From an uncultured Acidobacteriota bacterium (GTDB lineage: Bacteria; Acidobacteriota; Thermoanaerobaculia; Gp7-AA8): a stretch of DNA of 64,000 bases. The stretch covers positions 1,600,001 to 1,664,000 of the forward strand of contig CAWGHO010000003.1 of the NCBI GenBank assembly GCA_963822445.1, read 5' to 3'. The position numbers and the translations under genes are program-made. Within the stretch, counting starts at the first letter, position 1; the number at the start of each line of letters is the position of its first letter. Shown here piece after piece: positions 8,713 through 19,757 of the stretch. Under the pieces are notes generated by a model. It searched no databases, had not been told where the DNA came from, and saw nothing but the letters and a program-made list of their open reading frames with translations.

Positions 8713-10356
8713 ATGAGATTCGTGACCGTTGCTCTCGTGCTCGCGCTGCAGCAGGCGCCGCTGTCCGAAGTCATCGAAGTCCGCCGGCACAACGTCGAAG
8801 TCATCGTCACCGATCATGAAGGCAACCACGTGCGTGGCCTTCGCCTTTCGGATTTCGAGCTACTGGAGGACGGTGTCCGGCAGGAGATCACGAACTTCGC
8901 CGAGTACGACGATCGCGCCGCGGCGCCTTCGACGACGACCACGACAGCAACGACTTCCGCGCCGGTCTCACCGCCGCCGACGCGGCGCCTGGTCTTCTTC
9001 ATCGACGACATGAGCATGAATCCACGCAGCCGGGAGCTGCTCACCGAACAGGCCACGGAGATGCTCGAGCGCACGATGCGGGCGGGCGACGAAGGCGCGG
9101 TGGTTCGTCCACCCGACGGTGCGAAGCCGATCGATCTCACCTTCACGTCCGATCGCGAGGAACTGCGGAAAGCCCTCGGCAAAGCCATCGCTCAGAACAC
9201 GACGCGAACGAACGTTGCTTTCGCAGCCGAATACGATCGCTTCCAGGTCGATGCAAAGTCGTCCAGCAGCCGGAAGGAAACGCTGCTCATCGCCCGCCGG
9301 CATGCCGAGCGGGTGCGCCGTCGCGTGCAGCAACGCCTGGCGATCCTCCGCGCGGTCGTCGCCACCATGGCGCCGCTGGAGGGGCGGAAAGTGCTGATCG
9401 TGGCCACGGAATCGCTGCCCGTGCAGCCGGGGCGGGAGTTCTTCGACATCGACGTGAGCCAGCTCCAGATCACCTTCGCGCCGCTCGACGCGCCGGCGCT
9501 CACCATCGGCGAGCAAATCGAGACCGATCTGGTCGACGTGACTCCCGCGATCGAAGACATCGCCCGCACCGCGAGCTCGAACGGCATCACCATCTACGCG
9601 CTGCGGCCGGAGCTCGATCTCCGCATCTCCCCCGATCTGAAGATGTCGGCGGAGGGCGGGATTCCGACTCGCGTCGTGAACCGGGCCACGACGAACTCCG
9701 ACACGACCGTCGATCTCCTCACAAAGCTCACCGGCGGCACCTGGACCCTCGGTGCGGCGAGCATGAACGAAGTCCTGAAGACCGTCGCCGCGGATGTCCA
9801 GTCCTACTACTCGCTGGCTTACCGGGGCCGCTCGGCGACGTACGACAAAGCGCATCGCGTGACCGTTCGCGTTCGCAATCATCCCGAGTACACGGTGCGC
9901 GCGCGCACGCAAGTCGCGCGAAAATCTCCAAAGCGGGACATGAATGACCGCGTCGCGGCGGCACTGTTCACCGAGGACATGCCGAACGAGCTCGGGATCG
10001 CCATCGAAGCGTCCGAGCCGCAACCGGTAAAAGGGCAGCGCGGGCGGTACGCGGTCACGGTCGATGTCGCCGTGCCGCTCGGCAACCTGACGTATCTGCA
10101 AACCAGCAACGCGCAGCGAGGACGATTCAGCATTCATTACGCGATCAGCAACAAGGGCGCTGATTTCGTCAACGGCTCCGATCCCGAGCAGATCGTCGAC
10201 ATACCGCTCGCCGACTTTGCGCGAGCGCGCACAAAGGCCTGGACGCACACGATCCACCTGCTGCTGGAGCGGGGGGAGCATCGGATCACGGTGGGCGTAC
10301 TCGATGGAACGTCGCAGGCGGTGGGGATGAGCGGGACCGCTGTGAACGTGCCGTAG
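8713..10356 (+). CDS. secreted VWA-domain protein, paralog 2
   Basis: Colinear with 7094..8698, long identical peptide stretches. Confidence 0.8.
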   Translation: MRFVTVALVLALQQAPLSEVIEVRRHNVEVIVTDHEGNHVRGLRLSDFELLEDGVRQEITNFAEYDDRAAAPSTTTTTATTSAPVSPPPTRRLVFFIDDMSMNPRSRELLTEQATEMLERTMRAGDEGAVVRPPDGAKPIDLTFTSDREELRKALGKAIAQNTTRTNVAFAAEYDRFQVDAKSSSSRKETLLIARRHAERVRRRVQQRLAILRAVVATMAPLEGRKVLIVATESLPVQPGREFFDIDVSQLQITFAPLDAPALTIGEQIETDLVDVTPAIEDIARTASSNGITIYALRPELDLRISPDLKMSAEGGIPTRVVNRATTNSDTTVDLLTKLTGGTWTLGAASMNEVLKTVAADVQSYYSLAYRGRSATYDKAHRVTVRVRNHPEYTVRARTQVARKSPKRDMNDRVAAALFTEDMPNELGIAIEASEPQPVKGQRGRYAVTVDVAVPLGNLTYLQTSNAQRGRFSIHYAISNKGADFVNGSDPEQIVDIPLADFARARTKAWTHTIHLLLERGEHRITVGVLDGTSQAVGMSGTAVNVP

Positions 10357-10366
10357 GCGCTAGCGT

Positions 10367-10456
10367 TGGAGTGCGGTGGCTCTGCCACCGCTTTGGCATG
10401 CGCGCGAAGCGCGCCTCCGGCGCGTGCGAAAGCGGCGGCAGAGCCGCCGCACTCCA
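10367..10456. repeat. REP-like palindrome doublet (GGAGTGCG family) between convergent genes
   Basis: TGGAGTGCGGTGGC..GCCACCGCTTT ... AAAGCGGCGGC..GCCGCCGCACTCCA; second copy at 14777. Confidence 0.8.
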
Positions 10457-10459
10457 TTC

Positions 10460-10858
10460 CTAAATCCGCTCCCGGCACCGCGCGGCGCCGCACCGGCAGG
10501 GCAGCTGCCCCTCGTGATGCGTCTCGCCGTAATCGCACGTGAGCTCTTCACCCGCGCGGATCCGCCGGATGGCGTAGAACTCGACGCGATGGCCGACGCG
10601 GCGCATATAGGTGTTCGGCTCGCAGCAGTGGTTCACGTAGCGCAGGCAGGGGTCGGTCGAGACGTCGAGGGCTTTGTCGTCCTCGAACTCGACGATCGTC
10701 ACCACGTCCATGCCTTTCGCGCGACGCCGGGCCTCGGTCACGGAGATCAACTCGCCGGTGAGCTCGCCGATCTTTCGTTTTTGCGGCACCGCCCGTCGGG
10801 CGAAGACACCCTTCCCATGAATCCTGCTCGTGCGGACCTCGAAGTCCTCGAGCTTCAC
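10460..10858 (-). CDS. SET-domain protein-lysine methyltransferase with post-SET Cys motif
   Basis: IHGKGVFA, YVNHCCEPN, GEELTCDY, CRCGAARC. Confidence 0.9.
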   Translation of the reverse strand: MKLEDFEVRTSRIHGKGVFARRAVPQKRKIGELTGELISVTEARRRAKGMDVVTIVEFEDDKALDVSTDPCLRYVNHCCEPNTYMRRVGHRVEFYAIRRIRAGEELTCDYGETHHEGQLPCRCGAARCRERI

Positions 10859-11886
10859 GCGGCTCGCTTGACGGGCAGACGGAGAACCATGCTCGTGCCG
10901 ACGCCTTCGACCGAGGCTACGCTGACCTCGCCGCCATGGGCCTCGACGATCTGCTTGACGATGTAGAGACCGAGGCCCGTGCCGCCGCCGCCGCGGAGCG
11001 ACTTGTTGCCGCTCTGCTTGTACTTCTCGAAAATCTTGTCCACTTCCTCGGCCTTGATCCCCATGCCCGTGTCGGTCACGGTGACCACGATCGCCTCGGG
11101 CACGTCGCCATTGCGCACGATCTGCGCGCCGACGGAGATCAGCCCCTTCTTCTCCGTGAACTTGAGCGAGTTCGAGATCAGATTGATCACCGCCTGGGTG
11201 AGCTTCTCCACGCTGCCGATGATCTGGGGGATGTCGCGGCCATGCGCGGTGAGGAGGAAAATCTCGTCACGTGCCGCGACGGACTGCAGACTGCGAACGG
11301 CGCGCTTCAGCACACCGGCGACGCGGACCGGCTCCGATTCGACGGCGAAACTGCCCGACTGGATCTTCGAGAAATCGAGAATCTCGTTGATCAGGGACAT
11401 CATCCGCTCCGACTCCCGTTGCGCTTCCTGCAGCAGATCGGCGTAGAGCGAATCGATCTTGGTGCCTTCCTGCGAGAGCACGAACTCGAGCGTTCCCTGG
11501 ATGCCGGAGAGCGGTCCGCGGAGGTCGTGCACGATCTGGGCGGTGAAATCCGACTTGGCCTGCTCGGCTTCGCGCTGCTCGGTCACATCCTCGAATTGCA
11601 GCGCGGCCGTCGGCTCGGTGCCGTCGACGCGCATGATGCGGTCGACGCGGTAGATGCGCCCTTCATGCTCGACGTCGATCGTGCGGTGCTCGTCGGATTC
11701 GAGAAAGAATCCATGCAGCCAGCCGCGCTCGCCGGCCACAGCCCGCGCCGCGTCCTTGATCCATTGATCGGCTTCCGCGCGAAACGACTCGGTGAAGGCC
11801 GAGTTGCGATACTGGATCGCGCCGCTTTCCGTCACGACGGCGATCGGCATCGAAAGGTGGTTGAGAACTCCCGTGGTGAAGCTCAT
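10855..11886 (-). CDS. cytoplasmic sensor histidine kinase (PAS-like + HisKA + HATPase)
   Basis: HDLRGPL H-box, NLISNSLKFT, DTGMGI, GTGLGL. Confidence 0.92.
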   Translation of the reverse strand: MSFTTGVLNHLSMPIAVVTESGAIQYRNSAFTESFRAEADQWIKDAARAVAGERGWLHGFFLESDEHRTIDVEHEGRIYRVDRIMRVDGTEPTAALQFEDVTEQREAEQAKSDFTAQIVHDLRGPLSGIQGTLEFVLSQEGTKIDSLYADLLQEAQRESERMMSLINEILDFSKIQSGSFAVESEPVRVAGVLKRAVRSLQSVAARDEIFLLTAHGRDIPQIIGSVEKLTQAVINLISNSLKFTEKKGLISVGAQIVRNGDVPEAIVVTVTDTGMGIKAEEVDKIFEKYKQSGNKSLRGGGGTGLGLYIVKQIVEAHGGEVSVASVEGVGTSMVLRLPVKRAA

Positions 11887-12290
11887 TGAGGCACCGTGAT
11901 GGCCCGCTCTTGCTGCAGCTTGGCCAGGATGAACAGGGTATTGAACTGATCGAAGGGGCTGAGGATGACCAGCTTCTGGAGGTCGAATCGCCCGTCGATG
12001 AGCGAGACCAGGAAACCTTCCTGCGCGTTGAGGTTGAACCGGTCGAAATTCGTGAGAAAGTCGGCGCTCAGTTTCGGCACGGCCTGCATTCCCTTGGGGT
12101 GGGCAAGAAACTCGTGCACGATCCTGTTGCGCAGGATCTCGATGTAGCCGCGGATGGAGAGGTCGTCGGGGTAGGTTTCCCGGGCTTCCAGCAGTTTCGC
12201 GTAGGTGTGCCAGGCGCCGTTCTGTTTGAGTGACTCGCCGACCAGCCGCGCCCAGTTGGGGCGCGCCGGTGCGATGGGGTTAGCTGACAT
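11883..12290 (-). CDS. hypothetical protein with C-terminal winged-helix-like segment (EGFLVSLIDG) resembling DUF4388-associated tails
   Basis: ATGA overlap with kinase; TAAACT 8 nt upstream of ATG 12290; family resemblance from memory. Confidence 0.6.
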   Translation of the reverse strand: MSANPIAPARPNWARLVGESLKQNGAWHTYAKLLEARETYPDDLSIRGYIEILRNRIVHEFLAHPKGMQAVPKLSADFLTNFDRFNLNAQEGFLVSLIDGRFDLQKLVILSPFDQFNTLFILAKLQQERAITVPQ

Positions 12291-12325
12291 GCGGCGGTAG
12301 TTTATCCTTGATGGAGTTTTGACAA

Positions 12326-14779
12326 ATGACTGACCATCAATTGACGCCACAAAAGCCGCCTTCGCGGGCCCGTTCGCGCCTGCTGATGCTGCTCGTCGCG
12401 GGCGCCCTGGGCGTCCCCGCGGGCTTCCTTTCCGCCCACGCTGTCCGGATGCCCCGCGTGAAGTCGTTGGCGGACTACCAGCCGGCGATCATCACCCGCA
12501 TCTACGACCGCAATGGCGTCCCGTTCGCCGAGTATTCGATCCAGAAGCGGATCGTCGTGCCGAAGCGGGAGATCTCGCCGCTGCTGGTCAACGCGATCAT
12601 CGCCACCGAGGACTCGGAGTTTTACAAACATGGCGGGGTTGATCCCAAGGCCATCGTCCGCGCCGTCATCAAGGATGTGATCGAGCGGCGCAAGGCCCAA
12701 GGCGCGTCGACGCTCACGCAGCAACTCGCGAAGCAGGTCTTCCTCACACCCGACAAGACCTTCCGCCGCAAGATCAGCGAGATGTTCTTCGCGGTGCAGA
12801 TCGAGAAGGATTTCACCAAGGACCAGATCTTCGAGTTCTACGCGAACCAGGTCTACCTCGGCCACGGCGCATACGGCGTCGAAGCGGCGTCGCGGCTCTA
12901 CTTCGGCAAGCATGCGAAGGAGTTGTCGCTGCCCGAGGCGGCGGTGATCGCGGCGTTGATCCGGTCGCCGATGTACTACAGCCCGATCACCCACGCCGAT
13001 CGCGCCAAGATGCGCCGCGATTACGTCCTCGGCCGCATGCTCAAGGAAGGATTCATCGGCCGCGATCAGTATTCGCAGGCCGTGAACGCGCCGATCGTCC
13101 TCGGCACGTTCAAAGAAGAGGCCCCGCGCGTCGGCGCCTACTTCACCGAAGAGATCCGGCAGTACATCGAGAACCACGAAGCCTTCGGCGTCGAGAACCT
13201 CTATCAGCGCGGACTGAAAGTGCATTCGACGCTCGATCTGCGCATTCAGCAGATCGCAGAAGGCGCACTGCAGCGCGGTTTGCGCAAGTTCGACAAGCGC
13301 CGCGGCTTCCGCCGGCCGACGCGCAACCTCGTCGCGGAAGGGCTCGATCCGGAGACCTATCGCGATCCGAGCTGGAGCAACGAAGGCTACATGGTCGATC
13401 GCCTGTATCCGGGCATCGTGCTGGACGTGACGAAGACCGCGGTGACGGTGCGCGTTCATAAAGACCGCATCGAGCTCGATCCGGCGGCCTGGGCCTGGAC
13501 GAAGAAGAAGACCCTCGACGGTGTGCTAAAGCGCGGCGACGTGGTTTACGTGCTTCAGAAGGAAGACGAGAAGACCAAGGCGAAGAAGTGGACGCTCGAC
13601 CAGATGCCGAACGTCCAGGGCGCGGTGGTGGTCATCGACGTGAAGAGCGGCGAGGTCCGCGCGCTGGTCGGCGGGTACGATTTCCAGATCTCGAAATTCA
13701 ATCGCGCCGTGCAGTCGCGGCGGCAGACGGGGTCGTCGTTCAAGCCGTTCGTGTACGGTGCCGCGTTCGAGAAAGGGCTCACTCCCGCGGACACGCTGTT
13801 CGATGCGCCGGTGGCGATTCCGGTGGGCGATCAGATCTACGCACCGAAGAATTACTACGGCAAGTACGCCGGCATCGTGACCATCCAGCGCGCGCTCGAG
13901 CTGTCGATCAACGTGCCCGCGGTGAAGACGTACATGATGACCGGCGGCGATCGCGTCGTCGATTTCGCGCGGCGCTGCGGCATCACCGCCGATCTGCCGA
14001 AGTACCCGTCGCTGTCCCTCGGCGCCGCGGGCGTCTCTCCGCTGGAAATGACCGGTGCGTACAACGTCTTCGTCAACAACGGCGTGTACATCAAGCCGCG
14101 CTACATCCGGAAGATCGCCGATCAGCAGGATCGCGTGCTCGAAGAGAAGATGCCCGAGCTGTCCGAGGCGATGAATGCTGCGGTGGCGTTCGAGCTCGCG
14201 TACATGATGAAGGGGACGATCGATCGCGGTACGGCCTACGCCGCGCACACGCTCGCGGACCCGCTGGCGGGAAAGACCGGCACGACGAACGGTTACACCG
14301 ACGCCTGGTTCATCGGCTTCTCGCCGGAGTACACGGTGGGCGTCTGGAACGGTTACGACGATCCCGCGAAATCGCTGGGCGGCGGCGCCACGGGCGCGGA
14401 CATCTCGCTGCCGATCTGGATCGACATCTTCAAACAGTTCGAAGAGCAGAAGCTTCGCGTTGCCAAGCCGGACTTCGAAGCGCCGCCGGGAGTGGTGATC
14501 GTCCCGATGGATCTTCCGACCGGCCGCCGCGGTACGGGTCCATGCAGCCGCGTGGTGATGAACGCGTTCGTTGCCGGCCAGGAGCCGGACAAGGACTGCA
14601 GCGGCGCCGGCGTGAACGTGGCCAAGCTGCCGTTCTACCTCCAGCGGCCGATGTACCAGCCGAAGGAAGGGGAGCCGACGCAAGCCGCGGATGATGCGTC
14701 AGCGCAGGCAGGCGAGGGGGCGGAGTCGCCCGCGCCGGCCACGACGACGACCACGGACACGAGCGGGCCGCCTGTTTAG
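12326..14779 (+). CDS. mrcA: class A penicillin-binding protein (PBP1A family)
   Basis: EDSEF, GASTLTQQLAK transglycosylase motifs; SSFK, SIN, KTG transpeptidase motifs. Confidence 0.9.
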   Translation: MTDHQLTPQKPPSRARSRLLMLLVAGALGVPAGFLSAHAVRMPRVKSLADYQPAIITRIYDRNGVPFAEYSIQKRIVVPKREISPLLVNAIIATEDSEFYKHGGVDPKAIVRAVIKDVIERRKAQGASTLTQQLAKQVFLTPDKTFRRKISEMFFAVQIEKDFTKDQIFEFYANQVYLGHGAYGVEAASRLYFGKHAKELSLPEAAVIAALIRSPMYYSPITHADRAKMRRDYVLGRMLKEGFIGRDQYSQAVNAPIVLGTFKEEAPRVGAYFTEEIRQYIENHEAFGVENLYQRGLKVHSTLDLRIQQIAEGALQRGLRKFDKRRGFRRPTRNLVAEGLDPETYRDPSWSNEGYMVDRLYPGIVLDVTKTAVTVRVHKDRIELDPAAWAWTKKKTLDGVLKRGDVVYVLQKEDEKTKAKKWTLDQMPNVQGAVVVIDVKSGEVRALVGGYDFQISKFNRAVQSRRQTGSSFKPFVYGAAFEKGLTPADTLFDAPVAIPVGDQIYAPKNYYGKYAGIVTIQRALELSINVPAVKTYMMTGGDRVVDFARRCGITADLPKYPSLSLGAAGVSPLEMTGAYNVFVNNGVYIKPRYIRKIADQQDRVLEEKMPELSEAMNAAVAFELAYMMKGTIDRGTAYAAHTLADPLAGKTGTTNGYTDAWFIGFSPEYTVGVWNGYDDPAKSLGGGATGADISLPIWIDIFKQFEEQKLRVAKPDFEAPPGVVIVPMDLPTGRRGTGPCSRVVMNAFVAGQEPDKDCSGAGVNVAKLPFYLQRPMYQPKEGEPTQAADDASAQAGEGAESPAPATTTTTDTSGPPV

Positions 14780-14846
14780 GAGTGCGGCGGCGACAGCTGC
14801 CGCTTTGGTACGGTCGGAAAGCGGCGGCTCTGCCGCCGCACTCCTA
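14777..14846. repeat. REP-like palindrome doublet (GGAGTGCG family)
   Basis: TAGGAGTGCGGCGGC..GCCGCTTT..AAAGCGGCGGC..GCCGCCGCACTCCTA; its ends contain the TAG stops of both flanking genes. Confidence 0.8.
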
Positions 14847-15224
14847 GACGCTGACGTACCGCGTGATCATGTCGACCATCTTGTCGCGCGTCAGCGGCTT
14901 CCGCATCCAGGCGTTGGCGCCGGAGCTCGGGAACATCTCCTCGAGCGAGCGCTCCGGGAGGTCCGAGATCAGGACGATGGGGATGTCCTTCTTGTTCGAC
15001 TGCGATTTGAGCACTTCGCTCAGACGGTTGCCCTTGATGCTGGGCAGGTTCACGTCGAGGAAGATGATGTCCGGCGTGTTGCTCGCCAGCACGTGATTGA
15101 ATTCGATCCAGCTCGAGGCCGTGAGGACAGTGCAGCCCTCGCGCTCCAGAAGAGCGCGGCCGAGTTTCAGAACCAGTGGATTGTCATCGAGGATCAGAAC
15201 GGTAACGTTCGCCAGAGCAGCCAT
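14844..15224 (-). CDS. single-domain response regulator (receiver)
   Basis: ILDD, FLDVNLP, IS, RKP motifs. Confidence 0.9.
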   Translation of the reverse strand: MAALANVTVLILDDNPLVLKLGRALLEREGCTVLTASSWIEFNHVLASNTPDIIFLDVNLPSIKGNRLSEVLKSQSNKKDIPIVLISDLPERSLEEMFPSSGANAWMRKPLTRDKMVDMITRYVSV

Positions 15225-15294
15225 GCGTAGATTGTCACTTTCCTATTGCTGAAAACGAGCGGTTTCGGCGCACATGATACCCTTTCGAGCCCCG

Positions 15295-15825
15295 ATGCCT
15301 CCTTCGATTTCTGACCCCTTCAGCGATCCGGCGAGCGAGCCCGCGGCCCCACCGCAACGACGTTTCCGCTGGCCCGCCGACTACTACTCCACGGCGACGC
15401 CCAGTGCCGTCCTTCCGCCCTGGGCCACATTCGGCTGCGGCGCTGCCGCGGTCGTCGTGCTGATCATCGTTTTCGTTGGCGGCGCCTTCCTCGGCGGCGG
15501 CGGTCTCAACCAGTTCATGGACTTCGCCCTCGGCATGAGTCTCGGCGAGATGCGCGGCATGTACACGCCCGAAGTCACCAAGGCGCAGCAGGAAACTCTC
15601 GACCGCGAGATGGAAACCATGCGCGCCGGTCTCCGCGACAAGACCATCGCCGTGAAGAACATTCAGCCCGTTCTGCAGACCATGCAGAAAGGCATCAAGG
15701 ACGAGAAGATGACGCCGGCCGAAGTCGAGCAATTGACGGCGGCGGTGCGGAAAGCGAACGGAGCCGCCAAGTCTCAGAGTCGCAAAGTCTCAGAGTCTCA
15801 GAGACCTTCGCGCGTTCTCCTCTGA
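15295..15825 (+). CDS. hypothetical membrane-anchored protein
   Basis: Pro-rich N-terminus, GC-preceded TM helix, helical C-terminus; start 15274 or 15295. Confidence 0.6.
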   Translation: MPPSISDPFSDPASEPAAPPQRRFRWPADYYSTATPSAVLPPWATFGCGAAAVVVLIIVFVGGAFLGGGGLNQFMDFALGMSLGEMRGMYTPEVTKAQQETLDREMETMRAGLRDKTIAVKNIQPVLQTMQKGIKDEKMTPAEVEQLTAAVRKANGAAKSQSRKVSESQRPSRVLL

Positions 15826-15852
15826 GACTCTGCGACTTTGAGACTCTGAGAT
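15769..15852. repeat. inverted octamer tandem array (RAGTCKCA x4 / TGMGACTY x4)
   Basis: Arms at 15769-15803 and 15820-15852 are near reverse complements; ends just before uvrB ATG. Confidence 0.85.
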
Positions 15853-15855
15853 TCC

Positions 15856-17853
<1,998 letters not shown>

Positions 17854-17861
17854 GAGGATCG

Positions 17862-18305
17862 ATGACGGCGTCCGCGGCATTCAGACGGGTCACCCCCATC
17901 CTGCGTGTTTCCGACCTCGACCGGAGCCTCGAGTACTACGTCCGCGTACTTGGCTTCACCATGAATTGGCGCGATGACGACGGCAATTCGTTCGCTTCCG
18001 TGTCGCGCGGCGACTGCCATCTTTTCCTGTCGATTGGCGATCAGGGCCATCTAGGAAGCTGGGTGTGGATCGGCGTGAGCGACGCCGACGTCCTCCATGA
18101 CGAGCTGATTGCCAGCGGCGCGCGCGTGCGTCATCCACCGGCGAACTTCCCGTGGGGATCGCGGGAGATGCAGGTCGAAGATCCGGACGGAAACGTTCTT
18201 CGACTTGGCTCGGAGAACAAGCCCGGCGAGCCGTTCGGCGACTGGCTCGACATGCGAGGCGTTCGCTGGCGGAGGGAAGCCGAAGGAGTCTGGACCCGGG
18301 TCTAG
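17862..18305 (+). CDS. VOC/glyoxalase/bleomycin-resistance family protein
   Basis: AGGAGG RBS; PILRVSDL..SLEYY...LGF; PWGSREMQVEDPDGN. Confidence 0.85.
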   Translation: MTASAAFRRVTPILRVSDLDRSLEYYVRVLGFTMNWRDDDGNSFASVSRGDCHLFLSIGDQGHLGSWVWIGVSDADVLHDELIASGARVRHPPANFPWGSREMQVEDPDGNVLRLGSENKPGEPFGDWLDMRGVRWRREAEGVWTRV

Positions 18306-18315
18306 AATCCGTTTC

Positions 18316-18837
18316 ATGCGGATTCGCCCTTATGCCATCGGCGACGATCGCGGGTTTCATCGCGCGGCCGCCGAGTCGCTCACGGACTTGTTCCCCTGGA
18401 TGCCGTGCTTTCATCCCGGCTACTCGGCGGAGGAAGCGGCAGGCTGGGTTGACCGCCAGCTGGAAGCGTTCCCGAGCGGGGAGATGTATGAGTTCGTGAT
18501 CGTCGACGACGCGGAGGAGATCGCCGGCGGTTGTGGGCTGAATCAGATCGATCGCGCGAACCGGCGTGCAAACCTCGGCTACTGGATACGCAGCGCGTCG
18601 ACCGGCCGTGGCTATGCAACGGAGGCAGTCAAACTTCTCGTCGCGTGGGCGGCCGAGCACACCGATCTCCAACGGATCGAGGTAGTGGTCAGCGTCGGCA
18701 ACGTAGCCAGTCTGCGGGTGGCTGAGAAAGCGGGAGCGGTTCGAGAGTGCATCCTCGCAGCTCGTCTGCTGATCAACGACGTGTTTCACGACGCGGTGAT
18801 GCACTCATTCGTGCGCGGGCGGAACATGACCGCCTGA
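18316..18837 (+). CDS. GNAT N-acetyltransferase, RimJ/RimL type
   Basis: NLGYW, TGRGYATEA, NVASLRVAEKAG. Confidence 0.88.
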   Translation: MRIRPYAIGDDRGFHRAAAESLTDLFPWMPCFHPGYSAEEAAGWVDRQLEAFPSGEMYEFVIVDDAEEIAGGCGLNQIDRANRRANLGYWIRSASTGRGYATEAVKLLVAWAAEHTDLQRIEVVVSVGNVASLRVAEKAGAVRECILAARLLINDVFHDAVMHSFVRGRNMTA

Positions 18838-18879
18838 AGGAAGTCCGCATGTTCGCATAGCCATACGTAAAGCCTGCCG

Positions 18880-18925
18880 TATCAATCACTTACCTCTTGC
18901 GTGGTGAGCAGCGTCCGCCTACACT
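18880..18925 (+). promoter_or_regulatory. IHF-consensus site followed by a sigma70-type promoter
   Basis: TATCAATCACTTA (WATCAANNNNTTR) at 18880-18892; TTGCGT-17bp-TACACT at 18897-18925. Confidence 0.55.
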
Positions 18926-18969
18926 GACGCCCGTTCCCAAAAACACATGACGAGAGAGAGGTCTGGTCG

Positions 18970-19146
18970 ATGTCCTTCGATCTAGCAACGATCTCCTTCC
19001 CCGACGGCCGCGTGGCCAAGCTCCCGCCGAGCGATTTCTACGCATTGCCGCTGGGTGAGCGGATCGAGCTGCTGACGAGCAGTCGCATCAAGTTCGAGAG
19101 GGACAACCAGGTCATCTCGCCACTCGACGCCCTCAAGAAAAAATGA
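18970..19146 (+). CDS. 58-aa small protein (MSFDLATISFPDG...FYALPLGERIELL...), not in ORF track; possible RedA-like
   Basis: GAGG upstream; ATGA overlap with next gene; typical codon usage. Confidence 0.7.
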   Translation: MSFDLATISFPDGRVAKLPPSDFYALPLGERIELLTSSRIKFERDNQVISPLDALKKK

Positions 19147-19757
19147 ACCGCAGACGCCTTGTCACTTCGCTGGTCCTGGTGGTGGCCGCCTTCATCTGGG
19201 CCGGAACGGTGGCCGCGGCCTATCGCGCCATCCGCTTGTTCGAGACTACTCCCGGCGAGGCCGCGAACGCGCCGCGAGCGTGGCCGGCGAGCTCGCTCAT
19301 CGCGCGAACGCCTGATGAATGGTCGCTGGTGATGCTCGTCCATCCGCATTGCTCGTGCAGCCGCGCCAGCGTGCAGGAGCTGCAAGCGGTCCTCGACAAG
19401 GCTCCGCAACACGTCCGCACCTACGTCCTGGTCTTTCGGCCGGCGACCGCCGCGGCTGGCTGGGAGCGGACGCAGGTCGTCGAGAACGCGATGAAGCTGC
19501 GTCGCGCGAGCGTGATCATTGACGAGAACGGCGCCGAGGCCGATCGCTTCGGCGGCTTCACCTCGGGACAAACGTTTCTGTACGACGACCACGGCAAGCT
19601 GCGATTTGCCGGCGGGATCACCTCGCTGCGCGGACACTCCGGAATCAACAGCGGCCGCACAGGCATCATCGACATCGTTCGCACGCGCATCGGAGACGGG
19701 TCGCATCCCGTGTTCGGCTGCGCGATCGCAAAACGCGAAGAGAGGGCACAACCATGA
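19143..19757 (+). CDS. RedB-like membrane-anchored thioredoxin-fold protein
   Basis: N-terminal TM; HPHCSCSRAS motif; TSGQ, F.GGIT..RGH, PVFGC. Confidence 0.7.
   Translation: MNRRRLVTSLVLVVAAFIWAGTVAAAYRAIRLFETTPGEAANAPRAWPASSLIARTPDEWSLVMLVHPHCSCSRASVQELQAVLDKAPQHVRTYVLVFRPATAAAGWERTQVVENAMKLRRASVIIDENGAEADRFGGFTSGQTFLYDDHGKLRFAGGITSLRGHSGINSGRTGIIDIVRTRIGDGSHPVFGCAIAKREERAQP

Noticed and set aside
15769-15852. Octamer arrays as CRISPR repeats or intrinsic terminators
   Set aside because: Units are 8 bp with no unique spacers and no cas genes; the hairpins lack U-tracts and abut downstream start codons.
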